A stretch of 44,964 nucleotides of DNA from Candidatus Dadabacteria bacterium UBA1144 (GCA_905181755.1 CAJIYY010000024.1:1-44964); one strand, 5' to 3'. Numbered from the stretch's first letter, positions 14,268-27,156 are shown. Notes: generated from the letters alone by a model not told the origin. Program-made: numbers and translations.

Positions 14268-17012
14268 TTCTTTAATGTGTGCTCTTAAAAATTTAGCAGT
14301 CTCAGAATTCTTAGCTGAAAGAAAATCTTTTTTTAAGCCCTGAAATGTTAAATACCCACCTGAAGCTCCACCGTCTGGTCCCAAATCCAATATGTAGTCT
14401 GACGCATTAACTATTTCCATATTATGCTCGATAATGACAACAGTGTTACCAAGGTGTCGCAACTGATATATAACGCTCAAAAGCTTATCTATATCTTCAT
14501 AATGTAGGCCGATTGTGGGCTCATCTAGTATATAAAAAGTTTTACCCGTATTTTTTTTAATCAACTCCTTGGACAATTTAATTCTCTGCGCTTCACCGCC
14601 AGAAAGCGTAGTAGCATCTTGTCCTAATTTTAAATATTCGAGTCCAACAGAATTGATCACATCAATTTTATTTTTTAATAATGGGAAGCCTGAAAAAAAA
14701 CTTGCAGCATCAAGAAAATTCATATCTAAAACATCTGCGATATTTTTACCTCTATAAAAAATACTTAACGTCTCTTGATCAAATCTTTTTCCCTCACAAG
14801 ATTCACACTGAATATTTACGTCAGGCAAAAAACTCATCTCGAGCCTTATACTTCCGGCTCCTGAACATTCTGAGCAACTTCCATCTTTTACATTAAAGCT
14901 AAATCTGCCTGCCGAAAATCCTTTCATTTTTGATTCAGGCAATGAGGCGAAAATCTCCCTTATTGTTCCAAAAATAGCAGTATATGTTGCAGGGTTAGAT
15001 CTTGAAGTTCTTCCTATCGGTGATTGATTGATGCTGATAATTTTATCGAAACTATCAGCCCCTTCAACCCCAGCAACGAAGTCAGGAAGAAATTTATTCT
15101 TAGAATTTAACAAAACTGATAATAATTCATAAATTGTTTGTACAACTAAAGTACTCTTTCCCGAACCCGAAACCCCTGTTACACATGTAATTTTTCCTAC
15201 TGGTATAGAGATATCAATATTTTTTAAATTATTTAAAGTTGCCCCTCTTACTGTAAAAAAGCTTTCTATTTCAGTTTTGCTTTCAACAATCTTTATCTTC
15301 TTTTTTTTCGAAAGATACAGTCCTGTTAGAGAAGTTGGAGTTTGAGCAATCACCGCCGGAGTACCCTGTGCAACAATCAATCCTCCTCTAAATCCTGCAC
15401 CTGGCCCTATATCAATGACATAATCCGCACTCTTAATAGTTTCCTCATCGTGCTCTACAATTATTACTGTATTCCCTTTTTCCTTTAATAATCGCAAGGA
15501 CTTTAAGAGCATCTTGTTGTCTCTTGGGTGAAGACCAATGGTGGGCTCATCTAAGACATATGTTATTCCAGTAAGATTAGCTCCCAACTGAGAGGCAAGC
15601 CTTATCCTTTGTGCTTCGCCACCAGACAATGTTGGTGCAGTTCTGTCCAAACTTAAATATCCCAAGCTTACATTTAATAAAAAATCTATTCTTGAAGTGA
15701 TTTCATCTTTTATTTTTTCCCAGATTAAGCCTGAGGTTCCACTAAAATTAATATCTTTAAAAAACAAAGATGCATTCTCTATGGTTAAGCCACAAACTTG
15801 AGAAATATTCAGTCCTTTCACGTAGACACTCAAAGCCTCCTCTCTAAGCCTTTGGCCATTGCAACTAAAACAGCTCTCTATCCGTCTATACTTAGAAAGA
15901 CCACTTTTAACTTCCTCAGCTCTAGACGATTCAAACCACTTTTCTAGAATTGCGACAACCCCTTCAAATTCTTCGCTGTTGCCCTCAATAATGAGTTGCT
16001 GAGATGCCAACGAAAGTTCTGCAAATGGTTTAGTTTCACTAATATTATTTCTTAAGATAAATTCTTTGAGTATTTTTTTATAAAAAGCTGACCTCTTAAA
16101 TGGGGCCACAGCTCCTTCCTTTATAGACTTAGAAGAATCAGGAATTACTAATTTAGGGTCAAACATCTCAAAGTACCCCAAGCCTTCACACTCCTCACAT
16201 TGGCCATAAGGACTATTAAACGAAAAAAATCTTGGGGATATCTCTGGAAAAGTATTGCCGCAGTTTGAACAAGCCATGTTTCTATTAAAAATCTTTCTAG
16301 TTCCTTTTGCTTCTATAACTACGATTCCATTCCCGAAATTTAATGATGTTTTTATTGAATCTGAAATTCTTTGAAAATTCTTTTTTTGAACCTTAACGCT
16401 GTCAACATAGACATCTATTATATGCTCTTTTTGTTTTTCTAATTCAATCACATCATTTAAAGAAAACATTTTGCCGTCTATCTTAACCTTAGAAAATAGC
16501 TTCGCAGCATCGGCTATCTCTTTCTTAAACTCTCCCTTCTTTCCAATTGCTATTGGAAAATAAATTTCTAGATTATCACCTTGATAATCCTGACTGACGA
16601 TAGCTACTATAGAATCCAAAGAAGTTGAATCTATTAAACAGTCGCACTGATAGCATCTGATTTCACCAACCCTAGCAAATAAAAGTCTAAGGAAATCATA
16701 AATCTCAGTTATTGTGGAAACGGTTGACCTAGGATTTCTCATAAATGTTTTTTGATCAACTGAGATTGTTGGAGAAAGCCCGGAAATAAAGTCCAAATCA
16801 GGCTTTTCAAATTTATCTATAAATTGTCGTGCGTAGTTTGATAGTGATTCCAGATACTTTCTTTGTCCTTCTGCAAAGATAGTGTCAAAAGCTAGAGTAG
16901 ACTTCCCTGATCCGCTTACCCCAGTCAAGACAGTTATCGCTCCGCGTGGAATACTTACATTAATGTTCTTTAAATTGTTTTGCCTAATCCCTTTAATGTT
17001 TATATATTTCAC
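14256..17012 (-). CDS. uvrA: Excinuclease ABC subunit A
   Basis: Two ABC modules (GVSGSGKSTL twice, LSGGEAQRI twice), CxxC zinc modules, and an N-terminus (IKGIRQNNLKNINVSIPRG) typical of UvrA. GTG start at 17012. Confidence 0.92.
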   Translation of the reverse strand: MKYINIKGIRQNNLKNINVSIPRGAITVLTGVSGSGKSTLAFDTIFAEGQRKYLESLSNYARQFIDKFEKPDLDFISGLSPTISVDQKTFMRNPRSTVSTITEIYDFLRLLFARVGEIRCYQCDCLIDSTSLDSIVAIVSQDYQGDNLEIYFPIAIGKKGEFKKEIADAAKLFSKVKIDGKMFSLNDVIELEKQKEHIIDVYVDSVKVQKKNFQRISDSIKTSLNFGNGIVVIEAKGTRKIFNRNMACSNCGNTFPEISPRFFSFNSPYGQCEECEGLGYFEMFDPKLVIPDSSKSIKEGAVAPFKRSAFYKKILKEFILRNNISETKPFAELSLASQQLIIEGNSEEFEGVVAILEKWFESSRAEEVKSGLSKYRRIESCFSCNGQRLREEALSVYVKGLNISQVCGLTIENASLFFKDINFSGTSGLIWEKIKDEITSRIDFLLNVSLGYLSLDRTAPTLSGGEAQRIRLASQLGANLTGITYVLDEPTIGLHPRDNKMLLKSLRLLKEKGNTVIIVEHDEETIKSADYVIDIGPGAGFRGGLIVAQGTPAVIAQTPTSLTGLYLSKKKKIKIVESKTEIESFFTVRGATLNNLKNIDISIPVGKITCVTGVSGSGKSTLVVQTIYELLSVLLNSKNKFLPDFVAGVEGADSFDKIISINQSPIGRTSRSNPATYTAIFGTIREIFASLPESKMKGFSAGRFSFNVKDGSCSECSGAGSIRLEMSFLPDVNIQCESCEGKRFDQETLSIFYRGKNIADVLDMNFLDAASFFSGFPLLKNKIDVINSVGLEYLKLGQDATTLSGGEAQRIKLSKELIKKNTGKTFYILDEPTIGLHYEDIDKLLSVIYQLRHLGNTVVIIEHNMEIVNASDYILDLGPDGGASGGYLTFQGLKKDFLSAKNSETAKFLRAHIKELER

Positions 17013-17051
17013 TTTAATAGGTTAACTAAAATAATCCTGATTTATTTTTGT

Positions 17052-17747
17052 TTATTGTTCGATGAGCCATTTAAAAACTTCAAAATCTGATTTTGCCTTA
17101 GAAAGTTCAGGGTGCCACTGAACTCCCAGGACCCTCCCACTCTTGTCTTCAAAAGCTTCAATAATTCCATCCTTCGATTTCGCAGAAACAATCAAGGAAT
17201 TTCCCAAAACCTTGATCGCCTGATGATGATAACTATTAACAGTTCCTATTGATTTGCCAAAGAACCTATAGAGTATTGAATCTGGAGCAATACGAATTGT
17301 ATGTCTCACACCTTTTTTACTATCTGAACTGCTATTATGATTAATGGATTTAAGGATGTTCAACTCTATATCTTGATAAAGACTCCCCGAAAAGGCTACA
17401 TTTATTAGCTGCATACCGCCGCAAATTCCCAGTATCTTTTTATTTTTTTTCTTCATAATATTAATATATAGAAGTTCACTCAAGGTCCTATCTTTATCAA
17501 GCTCATTTATAGACCTAGATTTCTTTTCTCCGTAGAAAGATGGGTCTATATCTCGGCTACCTGTAACGATTAAACAATCAAGACAGGCAGCAATCTTTGA
17601 TACGTTTTTCTTTGTTGTATCCATAGGCAAATAAAAAGGTACTGCTCCGGCATCTATTACTTTTTGAGAATAAATAATCTCAGATTCAAAGAATTTTCCT
17701 TTTATATCACACGTTATGCCAACAATCTTCTTTGTCATATGAATCAT
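17052..17747 (-). CDS. Class I glutamine amidotransferase, gamma-glutamyl-GABA hydrolase (peptidase C26 / PuuD-like) family
   Basis: Nucleophile elbow GICGGMQLIN, then SYHHQAI and GVQWHPE. Confidence 0.75.
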   Translation of the reverse strand: MIHMTKKIVGITCDIKGKFFESEIIYSQKVIDAGAVPFYLPMDTTKKNVSKIAACLDCLIVTGSRDIDPSFYGEKKSRSINELDKDRTLSELLYINIMKKKNKKILGICGGMQLINVAFSGSLYQDIELNILKSINHNSSSDSKKGVRHTIRIAPDSILYRFFGKSIGTVNSYHHQAIKVLGNSLIVSAKSKDGIIEAFEDKSGRVLGVQWHPELSKAKSDFEVFKWLIEQ

Positions 17748-17814
17748 TATCTAGTATTTTCAGCAGATTTAAAATTCTTTTATTTTTTTAATTTTCATAT
17801 AAGATTTAAAAATC

Positions 17815-19701
17815 ATGATTTTAACTGAATTTGACGTAATAGTAGTTGGTGGAGGTCACGCTGGATGCGAAGCAGCTCTCTCTTCTGCCAAGTTGGGGAC
17901 AAAAACTCTACTTCTAACTGCCAATATTGATACAATCGGAATCATGTCCTGCAATCCATCTATAGGTGGCGTTGGGAAGGGTCACCTTGTAAGAGAAATA
18001 GATGCTCTTGGTGGAGAAATGGCTAAAGCAGCCGACTTCTCTTCAATTCAATACAGGCGACTGAATACTAGAAAAGGTCCTGCCGTTCAGGCCACTAGGG
18101 TGCAGGCCGACAGAAACCTTTATAGAATACATATGAAGAAAGCTATTGAAAGCCAAACAAACCTGGTAGTCAAACAAAGACTGATTCATTCTTTAGTAGA
18201 AAAGAACGGTCAAATTGTTGGTGCACGAACGTCTTACGGAGAAACTTTTTATTGTAAATGTCTTGTTATTACTCCAGGAACGTTCCCAAATGGTCTTATA
18301 CATATAGGGGATAAAAAAACTAGTGCAGGTCGGGCTGGAGAAGCTCCGACTAGAGAGATATCAGACTCCTTTAAAGAACTAGGTCTTAATTTAGGTAGGC
18401 TAAAAACTGGTACTCCTCCAAGATTAGACGGAAAAACAATTAATTGGTCTCAGACTATTGAGCAGCCTGGGGATCTTAATCCTTTACTTTTTTCATTTGA
18501 AAGCTCTTCAGTTCAGAACAAACAGCTGCCCTGTCATATAACTCATACAAACTTGAAAACACACGAAATAATTAGAGCAAATATTCACAAGTCTCCAATG
18601 TACTCTGGTCAGATTGAAGGTATAGGGCCAAGATATTGCCCCTCAATTGAAGATAAAATTGTAAAATTTGCAGACAAGGATAGACATCAGGTGTTTCTCG
18701 AACCGGAAGGATTAAGTACCACCGAGATTTATCCAAATGGCATATCTACAAGTCTTCCTGTTGACGTACAAATTAAAATAATTAATAGCATAAAAGGTCT
18801 AGAAAATGCTGAAATTATGAGACCTGGATATGCTGTAGAGTATGATTATTGTGACCCTAGAGATCTTAAAAACTCACTTGAATCCAAAAAAATCAAGAAT
18901 CTTTTTATGGCAGGACAAATAAATGGAACAACTGGGTACGAAGAAGCTGCTGCCCAAGGATTGGTTGCTGGTATTAACAGCTCACTAAAGGCTAGAAGTT
19001 TAGACCCTGTAATTTTAAAAAGATCCGAATCATACATAGGAATATTGATTGACGACCTGGTTACCCTTGGTGTTGATGAACCTTATAGGATGTTCACTTC
19101 TAGAGCCGAGCATAGGCTTTTACTTAGAGATGATAATGCCGATTTTAGGCTAACTCCAATTGGCTTTAAGCTTGGGCTAGTAAGTCAGGAAAGATTCGAT
19201 GCGTTTACTGCTAAGAGAAAGTCGTTTGACAGCATAATGAAAAAACTTAATGATGCCAAGATTGTCCCCAACAAGAAAAATAATGATTTCCTGATTGGAA
19301 TAGGTACTAAATCTTTAAAAAAACCAACTTCATTTAAAGAAATTCTCAGAAGACCAGAAGTTTTTTATGATAAATTAATTCAACTTAACCCCGAGCTTAA
19401 TAAAATTGAGGATCAAATAATACAATCATTGGTAGAAAATGAAATTAAATACGAGGGCTACATAGCGAGACAAAACGCGGACATAGAACAAGCTTCTAAA
19501 CTTCAGGAAACGAAAATACCGACTAGTTTGAATCTAGATACAATTCCAGGTTTATCGAATGAATTAAAACAAAAACTAAATAAGATTCAGCCAGAGACCA
19601 TAGGGCAGGCTTCAAGAATTTCCGGTATAACTCCCGCCGCAATAAACATACTTATGGTTTATATTAAAAAAAATCAAAGCCCCGCAGAAATGAAAATATA
19701 G
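17815..19701 (+). CDS. mnmG: tRNA uridine 5-carboxymethylaminomethyl modification enzyme MnmG (GidA)
   Basis: [19 protein letters not shown] motif, [38 protein letters not shown]; 628 aa. Confidence 0.95.
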   Translation: MILTEFDVIVVGGGHAGCEAALSSAKLGTKTLLLTANIDTIGIMSCNPSIGGVGKGHLVREIDALGGEMAKAADFSSIQYRRLNTRKGPAVQATRVQADRNLYRIHMKKAIESQTNLVVKQRLIHSLVEKNGQIVGARTSYGETFYCKCLVITPGTFPNGLIHIGDKKTSAGRAGEAPTREISDSFKELGLNLGRLKTGTPPRLDGKTINWSQTIEQPGDLNPLLFSFESSSVQNKQLPCHITHTNLKTHEIIRANIHKSPMYSGQIEGIGPRYCPSIEDKIVKFADKDRHQVFLEPEGLSTTEIYPNGISTSLPVDVQIKIINSIKGLENAEIMRPGYAVEYDYCDPRDLKNSLESKKIKNLFMAGQINGTTGYEEAAAQGLVAGINSSLKARSLDPVILKRSESYIGILIDDLVTLGVDEPYRMFTSRAEHRLLLRDDNADFRLTPIGFKLGLVSQERFDAFTAKRKSFDSIMKKLNDAKIVPNKKNNDFLIGIGTKSLKKPTSFKEILRRPEVFYDKLIQLNPELNKIEDQIIQSLVENEIKYEGYIARQNADIEQASKLQETKIPTSLNLDTIPGLSNELKQKLNKIQPETIGQASRISGITPAAINILMVYIKKNQSPAEMKI

Positions 19702-21792
19702 CTACTCTAATATTTCCCTTACCTCGTTCAAAGATGAAACTGGAAGATTGCAAGAATAACCCTTGCAAATATATACTTCGAATTTATCAGAAACTTTAGG
19801 TAGGAAATCATCAGAGCCTTTAAAAATTTGCTTATAACTTTCTAAGTCATGATCTGAAGCAATATAGTAGACTAGCTTGTTGTCATGATTAAAATCTCTT
19901 AGATAATTAACAACCTCGTTGTCGAAACTTAGGTCTTTGTGAGGATTAATGATTACAATTTGAACACTTTCACATAAAAGAGCAAGGTGATTTGCTAAAA
20001 ATTGAGCAAGGTTAATTGGGAATTTTTTTGCCATTTCCCCCAGCTGTAGAGATAGCTTTCTGGCATTAGACAGAACAACTGGATCATTACAATACCCACC
20101 AACTTTAGCTAGCCCAAACAAGGCAACAGAGTTGCCAGAAGGTATCGCTCCATCTAATAAATTTTTCTGTCTTACTATTACATCCATGGAGCTTTCGGGT
20201 GTTGCATAAAAAGAGCCTTTCTCATTATCCCAAAAAAGTTCTATCATTTTATCGCAAACTTTTCTGCCTAAAGCCAAAACAGAAACATCTAAAGTTGCCT
20301 CATACAAATCTACACATGCTTTCGTAAAAAAAGCATAGTCATCTACTAATCCCTCTATGCTGGCATCATCATTCCTATAGCAATGCAACAATGAATAGTC
20401 TTTCTGAACCATCTTCTTCTTAATAAATTCGAAACTTTCAATTGCTAGCGCCAAATAATCCTCTCGTCTAAACACAACTGATGCTTTAGATAAAGAAGAA
20501 ATCATTAAACTGTTCCAGTCTGTAAGCACTTTATCATCTAGACTTGGTCGAACCCTTTTATCTCTAACTAATTTTATTTTTTTCTTGATTCTATTTGACT
20601 CTTCTAAGATAGACTGATGATCAATAGAAAAAATAGAAGAAAAAGTTTCCAGCTCATCTTTCAAATAAATTATGTTTTTACCGTTTCTTTTATTGGTGAC
20701 TTCTTCATTAAAGTTTCCATCTGACTCAAGACTAAAGAGGTGTTGAAAAAAAGCAGCTTCGTCTTTAGTTAAGATGCTTTGAATCTCTTCTAACTCCCAT
20801 GTGTAAAACGCTCCTTCCTCACCTTCGCTATCTGCATCCTCTGCAGAAAAAAAGCCCCCCTCCTCAGACTTAAGAACTTCCTTAACATATAAGTAGATCT
20901 CTTCCACGGTATTTTTAAATAATTCCTTCTTAGATAGGCCATGAGATTCAACCAATGCCTCCATAATCATTGCTTGGTCATAGAGCATTTTTTCAAAATG
21001 CGGAACAAGCCATTTGACATCGGTAGAATATCTATGAAACCCAAAGCCTACGTGATCAAAAATTCCACCTAACCGCATCATTGTCAAAGTCTGCTCTACC
21101 ATCCTTAATGAGTCCTTTTGTTTAAATAATTTATAAAACTTAGACAAAAAAATCAGATTCTGTGGACTAGGAAATTTCGGCGCCTCTCCAAAGCCTCCGT
21201 ATTTTTCGTCATAAAAATCTTTGATACTTTCGAATATTTCTTTTAAATCTTCTTTCTCAACAAAACTATCTGGTATGTTGGGGTTGGCAACCTCTTTTAA
21301 AGACTTAAAGATAGAGTCACAAGACACAAGGATGTCCTTTCTATTTTTATCCCAGACTTCTTTAACCTTCGGCAAAAACTCACAAAGCCCTACAGAACCC
21401 TTAGTTGAAGTCTTTGGGAAATAAGTACCAGCAAAAAATGGGATTTTGTCAGGTGTCAGAATTACAGTTAGGGGCCAACCACCTCTTTTTGTCATCATCT
21501 GGCAAACCGCCATGTAAATACTGTCTAAGTCTGGCCTTTGTTCTCTATCTACTTTTATTGAAATAAAACTTTTATTTAAAATTGTGGCTACTTCTTCATC
21601 TTCAAAAGACTCTTTTTCCATGACATGGCACCAGTGACATGTTGAATAGCCTATGGATAAAAAAACAGGCAAGTCCTTCTCTTTAGCCAGGGAAAAAGCT
21701 TCCTCTCCCCATGGATACCAGTTGACCGGATTAGATGCATGTTGTAGCAAGTATGGGCTATTCTCCCCAAAAAGTTTATTCTTCACTGGCAA
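19702..21792 (-). CDS. Thioredoxin-domain / six-hairpin glycosidase-like protein (DUF255, YyaL family)
   Basis: N-terminal [22 protein letters not shown] and [11 protein letters not shown] motifs typical of the YyaL/SPATA20-like family; about 700 aa. Confidence 0.8.
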   Translation of the reverse strand: MPVKNKLFGENSPYLLQHASNPVNWYPWGEEAFSLAKEKDLPVFLSIGYSTCHWCHVMEKESFEDEEVATILNKSFISIKVDREQRPDLDSIYMAVCQMMTKRGGWPLTVILTPDKIPFFAGTYFPKTSTKGSVGLCEFLPKVKEVWDKNRKDILVSCDSIFKSLKEVANPNIPDSFVEKEDLKEIFESIKDFYDEKYGGFGEAPKFPSPQNLIFLSKFYKLFKQKDSLRMVEQTLTMMRLGGIFDHVGFGFHRYSTDVKWLVPHFEKMLYDQAMIMEALVESHGLSKKELFKNTVEEIYLYVKEVLKSEEGGFFSAEDADSEGEEGAFYTWELEEIQSILTKDEAAFFQHLFSLESDGNFNEEVTNKRNGKNIIYLKDELETFSSIFSIDHQSILEESNRIKKKIKLVRDKRVRPSLDDKVLTDWNSLMISSLSKASVVFRREDYLALAIESFEFIKKKMVQKDYSLLHCYRNDDASIEGLVDDYAFFTKACVDLYEATLDVSVLALGRKVCDKMIELFWDNEKGSFYATPESSMDVIVRQKNLLDGAIPSGNSVALFGLAKVGGYCNDPVVLSNARKLSLQLGEMAKKFPINLAQFLANHLALLCESVQIVIINPHKDLSFDNEVVNYLRDFNHDNKLVYYIASDHDLESYKQIFKGSDDFLPKVSDKFEVYICKGYSCNLPVSSLNEVREILE

Positions 21793-22357
21793 CCTCCTTC
21801 ATGACCATTTGCATATCTTCCCAGACCAATCTTTTCTTTGAAGAGTCTTTAAGCAGGAGCGATAAATCTAATGTACACAATAGTTTAGCTCCCAGGAAAT
21901 TAAAGAACTTATTTCTCTGGTTAGTCACCGAAGCGTTAGACTTTAACAAGATTTGAGAAATTTTACTACCAAAAGAAACCAAAACAATTGGTTCAGTTCT
22001 CTTAACTTCTGCATCTAGCAAGTCTACGAACATTTTATTGCCATTGAGCTTGTAGTCCATAAAAGACAGAGTATCTACATCTAGAATCTTAATGTTTACA
22101 GCAGGGATATTCATTGCCTTAACTATATTCTTAAATAGAAAGCTTTCTTTAGAATCTGCTGAGTCCAGCCCCTCTCCAATAAAGAGAACTTTCGTTGTTG
22201 TTAATTGATTTTGTTGGATAACATTCTTATCAATTAAACTATTAAAGTCAGCCTTTTGTTGCAAAGAAATAAATAAACCGTCAATCCCCAAAGATTTAAG
22301 CATTCGGGTCTTCTTTTTGATCTTATCCTTCTTTAAATTTTTATCTTGAAGATTCAT
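21776..22357 (-). CDS. Hypothetical protein with degenerate uracil-DNA glycosylase (family 4-like) fold features
   Basis: [26 protein letters not shown] aligns by eye with the UDG family 4 block (iGEaPG..E...G.PF.G.aG.LL) but lacks the catalytic residues. A later [13 protein letters not shown] block and a C-terminal KKRLVWEDM also resemble UDG-fold blocks. Weak. Confidence 0.35.
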   Translation of the reverse strand: MNLQDKNLKKDKIKKKTRMLKSLGIDGLFISLQQKADFNSLIDKNVIQQNQLTTTKVLFIGEGLDSADSKESFLFKNIVKAMNIPAVNIKILDVDTLSFMDYKLNGNKMFVDLLDAEVKRTEPIVLVSFGSKISQILLKSNASVTNQRNKFFNFLGAKLLCTLDLSLLLKDSSKKRLVWEDMQMVMKEVASEE

Positions 22358-22405
22358 GTTATATATATAAAACTAAACTATAAATTATTTTTGGCAAAGA
22401 AGAGT

Positions 22406-24844
22406 ATGGAATATAATTTTTTAAATATTGAGGCAAAATGGCAAAAAAACTGGGAAAACAGCTCTCTTTTCTGTCCAGATGAAAATAGTAAAAAACCAAA
22501 ATATTACATTCTAGAGATGTTTCCTTACCCCTCTGGGAAAATACACATGGGTCATGTTAGAAACTATGCGATAGGAGATGTTTCAGCAAGATTCAAAAGA
22601 TCACAAGGGTTTAATGTTCTTCATCCCATGGGTTGGGATGCGTTTGGTATGCCAGCAGAGAATGCAGCTATGAAAAACGAAATTCATCCTAAAGAATGGA
22701 CATATCAAAACATTGAGGCCATGAAGAGTCAGCTCAAACAAATGGGTCTTTCTTATGACTGGAGCAGAGAAATAAGAACGTGCGATAAAGAATATTTTGT
22801 CCACGAACAAAAATTCTTTTTAGAGCTTTACAATGCCGGCTTAGCCTATAAAAAAGAATCCTTTGTAAATTGGGACCCGGTAGACCAAACAGTTCTTGCA
22901 AATGAACAGGTCATAGAAGGGAAGGGATGGAGGTCTGGGGCATTGGTTCAGCAGAAGAAGTTGTCCCAATGGTTCTTAAAAATAACAGATTTTGCTGAAG
23001 AGCTTTTAATAGGGCTGGAAGACTTAAAGCTTTGGCCAAAAAAAGTTTTATCTATGCAAGAAAATTGGATAGGTAAATCTGTTGGAGCTACAATTAAATT
23101 CAAAATTATCGACTCTGAAGAGTTTATTGAAGTATTTACAACTCGTCCTGACACAATTTTTGGTGCTTCATTTATAGGACTATCTGCTGATCATATTATC
23201 TGTACTAATCTTACAGAAAAAAATAAAGAAGTTTCCGAATTTATTAAACTCTGTAAAAAAGCAGGAACAACTAATGTAGAACTAGAAAAAGCAGAAAAAA
23301 TTGGGATCAATACTGGGGTCATGGTCGAGCATCCTTTTACCAATGAGAAACTGCCTGTTTACATAGCTAACTTTATTCTTATTAACTACGGAACTGGTGC
23401 AATATTTGGCTGTCCCGCACACGATCAAAGAGACTTTGAATTTGCCAAAAAATATAACCTTGGTGTAAAGCAAGTAGTTGGCAAGAATGAAAAAGAAGTT
23501 GAGCTTGTTGAAGCATTTGTCGAAAAGGGTGTAATGATTAACTCTGAGTTTTTGAATGGTTTGGACATAGAGAGTGCGAAACTAAAAGTTGTAGAAAAGC
23601 TAGAAAAGAAGAATCTTGCTCAGCCTTCGGTGAAATACAAACTAAGAGATTGGGGCATCTCAAGACAAAGATACTGGGGGACCCCTATCCCGATATTATA
23701 CTCAAAAGATGGCAACACTATCCCTGTAGAAGATTCCGATTTACCTGTAGAGCTACCAAAAGAAATGGATTTTAATCACAATGGGAACTCGCTGGAGTCT
23801 CATCCAACATGGAAGCATGTAAAAAATAAAGATGGGAGCGGGAATCTAACAAGAGAAACAGATACTTTTGACACTTTCTTTGAATCTTCCTGGTACTTTG
23901 CGAGATTTTGCTCACCCCAGTCAGAACAAATGATTGATAAAGGTTTCAAGAAATGGATGCCTGTCGACCTATATATAGGAGGGGTTGAACATGCGATACT
24001 CCACCTACTCTACTCAAGATTCTTTACTCACGCTTTAAACAGACTTGGAAAAAGTCATATAACAGAGCCTTTTAAAAAATTAGTTACTCAAGGAATGGTT
24101 CTTAAAGATGGGGCAAAAATGTCAAAATCCCTAGGCAATACTGTAGACCCTGAAGAAATAATAAAAAAATATGGTGCAGATTCTGTGAGAATTTTTATTT
24201 TATTTTCTGCTCCTGTTGAAAAAGACTTAGAATGGAACGAAAAGGGAATTGAGGGTGCAAGCAGATTTTTGAAAAGAATGTGGAAAATAATTCATGAAAA
24301 CCTTGAAATAATAAGTCCATCTTTTGATGAAGATATTAACTCAATTAGCAATGAGGAAAAAAGTTTTTTAATTAAAATCCATAAAACTACAGAAAAAATC
24401 ACTAAGGATATAGAGAATCTCCAATTTAATACTTGTATTGCTGCTCTAATGGAACTTCTAAATTTTGCATATAAATTTACAGAAAAAAATACCAACCACA
24501 AGCTTTTTGGCTTCTTTGTTTATCAATTTCTACAATTAGCTAATCCATTTGTTCCACATATAACAAATGAGCTTTGGGAATTAAGTAAATTTAAGAATAA
24601 TGATATTAATTTAATTTGGCCAAAGTTTGACCAAAAGATAATTGAAAAAGACGAAATTATTATAGCTGTTCAAATTAACGGTAAAACCCGAGGTTCAATT
24701 CCCTTATTATTTGAAGAAGAAAGTGAGGAAGAGTTAAGTGCACGAATTTTTAAATCACAAGATTTTATAAAATTTTTAGATAACAAGAAGGTTGTAAAGA
24801 AAATCTATGTTAAGAACAGGCTTATTAATTTAGTAATTAAATAG
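22406..24844 (+). CDS. leuS: Leucyl-tRNA synthetase
   Basis: N-terminus [21 protein letters not shown]-type motif HMGHVRNY, and KMSKS present literally. I prefer the start at 22406 over the upstream in-frame ATG at 22346. Confidence 0.95.
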   Translation: MEYNFLNIEAKWQKNWENSSLFCPDENSKKPKYYILEMFPYPSGKIHMGHVRNYAIGDVSARFKRSQGFNVLHPMGWDAFGMPAENAAMKNEIHPKEWTYQNIEAMKSQLKQMGLSYDWSREIRTCDKEYFVHEQKFFLELYNAGLAYKKESFVNWDPVDQTVLANEQVIEGKGWRSGALVQQKKLSQWFLKITDFAEELLIGLEDLKLWPKKVLSMQENWIGKSVGATIKFKIIDSEEFIEVFTTRPDTIFGASFIGLSADHIICTNLTEKNKEVSEFIKLCKKAGTTNVELEKAEKIGINTGVMVEHPFTNEKLPVYIANFILINYGTGAIFGCPAHDQRDFEFAKKYNLGVKQVVGKNEKEVELVEAFVEKGVMINSEFLNGLDIESAKLKVVEKLEKKNLAQPSVKYKLRDWGISRQRYWGTPIPILYSKDGNTIPVEDSDLPVELPKEMDFNHNGNSLESHPTWKHVKNKDGSGNLTRETDTFDTFFESSWYFARFCSPQSEQMIDKGFKKWMPVDLYIGGVEHAILHLLYSRFFTHALNRLGKSHITEPFKKLVTQGMVLKDGAKMSKSLGNTVDPEEIIKKYGADSVRIFILFSAPVEKDLEWNEKGIEGASRFLKRMWKIIHENLEIISPSFDEDINSISNEEKSFLIKIHKTTEKITKDIENLQFNTCIAALMELLNFAYKFTEKNTNHKLFGFFVYQFLQLANPFVPHITNELWELSKFKNNDINLIWPKFDQKIIEKDEIIIAVQINGKTRGSIPLLFEEESEEELSARIFKSQDFIKFLDNKKVVKKIYVKNRLINLVIK

Positions 24845-26000
24845 TTAGCTTCTTGATTCTTTCAACAGCCTCTGCAAGTCTTTTATCATCCAAAGTAACA
24901 GAAGCTCTAGTGTACCCCTCTCCATATGCGCCAAAACCAGTACCAGGTGTCATGACTATTCCGGCATCCTCTAAAAGACTATTTGCAAAGTCCTTTGATA
25001 AGATCCCGTTTGGATTTTTAAACCAAACATAAAAAGTTCCCTTAGGCTCGTAAACCTCAATTCCAATTGATCTAAGACCAGAAGATAAGAGTTGAGACCT
25101 TTTCTTGTATACATCAATTCTATCTTGTAGCTCATCCTGATAATTTCTCAAAGCCTCGATTCCTGCTTCTTGAACTGCTTGAAATGCTCCTGAATCAATA
25201 TTTGTTTTAACCTTTCCGATTGCGGCTACAGCACTTTCATTTCCAGCGACATGTCCCAGTCGCCAACCAGTCATACTAAATGTCTTAGAAAGACTATGAA
25301 ACTCAATCCCTACATCGATTGCTCCATCATACTCTAAAAAACTTTTTGGTTTTTCTTGAAAATACACCTCTGTATATGCAGCATCATGGCAAATCAAAAT
25401 ATTATTTTTATAAGCAAAATCTATTGCCTTTTTAAAGAACTCATCCGTGGCAAAGGCGGATGTTGGGTTATTTGGATAATTAAGAAACATTATCTTTGTT
25501 TTTTTTAAAATATCATCAGGGATAATTTCTAAATCGGGCATGAAACCATTTGACTCTAGCAATGGCATCACATAAGGCGTACCCCCTGCAAACTCAGTAG
25601 CAACGCTGTATACAGGGTATCCAGGATCTGGTACCAAAGCTATATCGCCAGGATTAACAAAAGCTAGAGGTGCATGCGCTACACCCTCTTTTGAGCCTAT
25701 TAAAGCAATTACATTTTTTTTTCCTTCTAGATGAACATCGAAACGTTTTTTATACCAAGTTGCAACTTCATTTCTAAAAGACATCATTCCTGCATAAGAA
25801 GGATATCTATGATTTTCTGGATTCATTGAAGACTGATGAAGGGCGTCAATAATTCTTTTAGGTGTCGGTATGTCTGGATCACCAACTCCAAGATCTATTA
25901 CATCTACACCTTTTGCTAATAAAGCATCTTTTTTTGCATCTATTTCTGCAAACAAATAAGGTGGCAGGTTCTTTATTCTATCTGACCATTGAATCTTCAT
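24837..26000 (-). CDS. Class I/II PLP aminotransferase, LL-diaminopimelate aminotransferase (DapL)-like
   Basis: [30 protein letters not shown], and the PLP-lysine block [14 protein letters not shown]. Confidence 0.7.
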   Translation of the reverse strand: MKIQWSDRIKNLPPYLFAEIDAKKDALLAKGVDVIDLGVGDPDIPTPKRIIDALHQSSMNPENHRYPSYAGMMSFRNEVATWYKKRFDVHLEGKKNVIALIGSKEGVAHAPLAFVNPGDIALVPDPGYPVYSVATEFAGGTPYVMPLLESNGFMPDLEIIPDDILKKTKIMFLNYPNNPTSAFATDEFFKKAIDFAYKNNILICHDAAYTEVYFQEKPKSFLEYDGAIDVGIEFHSLSKTFSMTGWRLGHVAGNESAVAAIGKVKTNIDSGAFQAVQEAGIEALRNYQDELQDRIDVYKKRSQLLSSGLRSIGIEVYEPKGTFYVWFKNPNGILSKDFANSLLEDAGIVMTPGTGFGAYGEGYTRASVTLDDKRLAEAVERIKKLTI

Positions 26001-26047
26001 AACAGCGTTAATTTTAACGTAAAAAAGTATTACTTCAAATTTCTTTT

Positions 26048-27094
26048 TTAAACTTCAAAAATAATAAATTTAAACTTCTCTCCTAAAAGATTAGGTGAAA
26101 TTAACTTCTTAATATCGTCTGGAAATTTGGAATCATGATTTTGTTCTAATTTTATTATAAGATTAGCAATCTCGCTTATCAAAAAGAAACTAGCTTGAGA
26201 AAAAAAACCTATTTCGCTTAATCCATATCTCTCTGCCGACAAAGATAGCAATGTAAAATTAACATCACAGGTTATGTCCTGTTTGCATATATTATTAAAG
26301 AAATCTCTAGAGACCTCATGTTCAAAAAAACACCTTGAGGTACCAAAAGGGTCAGGAGAAGAATGAAACCAGTTTGACTTGTCTCCATAATCGTTAATCA
26401 AAAAAACAAACCTTGAAAACTTGTCAGTTAAAAGCTCAAAATATTTCTCATACTCCCGAACAGGAAGCTCGAAGTAGAAGTCTTCTCTCATTTCTAATCC
26501 ATACTCAGCAACTTTACCAATTAAAGCTTCATCTGCTACATCAAGGCACTCGATGATAGTATTTTCTTTTTGTTCAACATTAACCTGATACAAAATACCT
26601 TCCTTCAATATGCATCTATCAAAGATTAAGGCGTCAAAAAATTCATTGCAAAAAACAAATCCGTCCTGGTCTATATCTTTTAGCGACTCAATTGAAGAAG
26701 AAACGGTTAGAACCCCACTATGACTTTTTAAATTTTTCAAAATTTCTTTGTGAAGACGGGAATTCTGTTCAATTAAAATAATATCTAGTTTTGCATATAT
26801 TTCAGGAGAGGTTTCTTTAATATGCTCTAAAACAGACAACATGAGAACCCCAGTGTTCGCCCCTAGTTCCAAGAATGAAATCTTACTTGATTTACAATTA
26901 GGAAAAACTTTAGAAATAAAAAATTCAGCAATAGAATATCCATAAATCTTAGAAATAGATGGTGATGTCAAAAAATCTCCGTTTCTAGAGATTTTAGACT
27001 CGCCTTGATAATAGCCATTTTTACTATACAGGGCATAGTTTACAAAAGATGAAAATGGAACTTTCTTCCTATAATTAAATAAATCACCAAACAC
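26048..27094 (-). CDS. SAM-dependent methyltransferase, MidA/NDUFAF7-like (DUF185) family
   Basis: N-terminal F-x-x-Y-x-x-x-ALY..NGYY and DFLTSPSIS blocks, a LELGANTG SAM-binding-like loop, and NEFFDA. Confidence 0.6.
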   Translation of the reverse strand: MFGDLFNYRKKVPFSSFVNYALYSKNGYYQGESKISRNGDFLTSPSISKIYGYSIAEFFISKVFPNCKSSKISFLELGANTGVLMLSVLEHIKETSPEIYAKLDIILIEQNSRLHKEILKNLKSHSGVLTVSSSIESLKDIDQDGFVFCNEFFDALIFDRCILKEGILYQVNVEQKENTIIECLDVADEALIGKVAEYGLEMREDFYFELPVREYEKYFELLTDKFSRFVFLINDYGDKSNWFHSSPDPFGTSRCFFEHEVSRDFFNNICKQDITCDVNFTLLSLSAERYGLSEIGFFSQASFFLISEIANLIIKLEQNHDSKFPDDIKKLISPNLLGEKFKFIIFEV

Positions 27095-27156
27095 AAGATA
27101 AGAATAACAAATATCCTTAAAATTGTTTAGACCTTTCCTATAAGTTAAAATAAGAC

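Noticed and set aside
17013-17051. Looked for an SOS (LexA) box upstream of uvrA.
   Set aside because: The 39-nt spacer contains no CTGT-N8-ACAG, GAAC-N4-GTTC or GTTC-N7-GTTC type palindrome.
22346-22405. N-terminal extensions suggested by the ORF track: leuS from 22346, yggS from 43480, proC from 42786, SagB-like from 12372, purC from the TTG at 321.
   Set aside because: In each case an internal ATG gives an N-terminus matching the family consensus, sits right after the upstream stop, or has a better SD. The extensions add non-conserved residues and create needless overlaps.
26003-26020. Small palindrome CGTTAA-TT-TTAACG between the midA-like stop and the aminotransferase start.
   Set aside because: A 6-bp AT-rich stem with a 2-nt loop cannot form a stable RNA hairpin, it has no U-tract, and it is likely a chance occurrence in AT-rich DNA.
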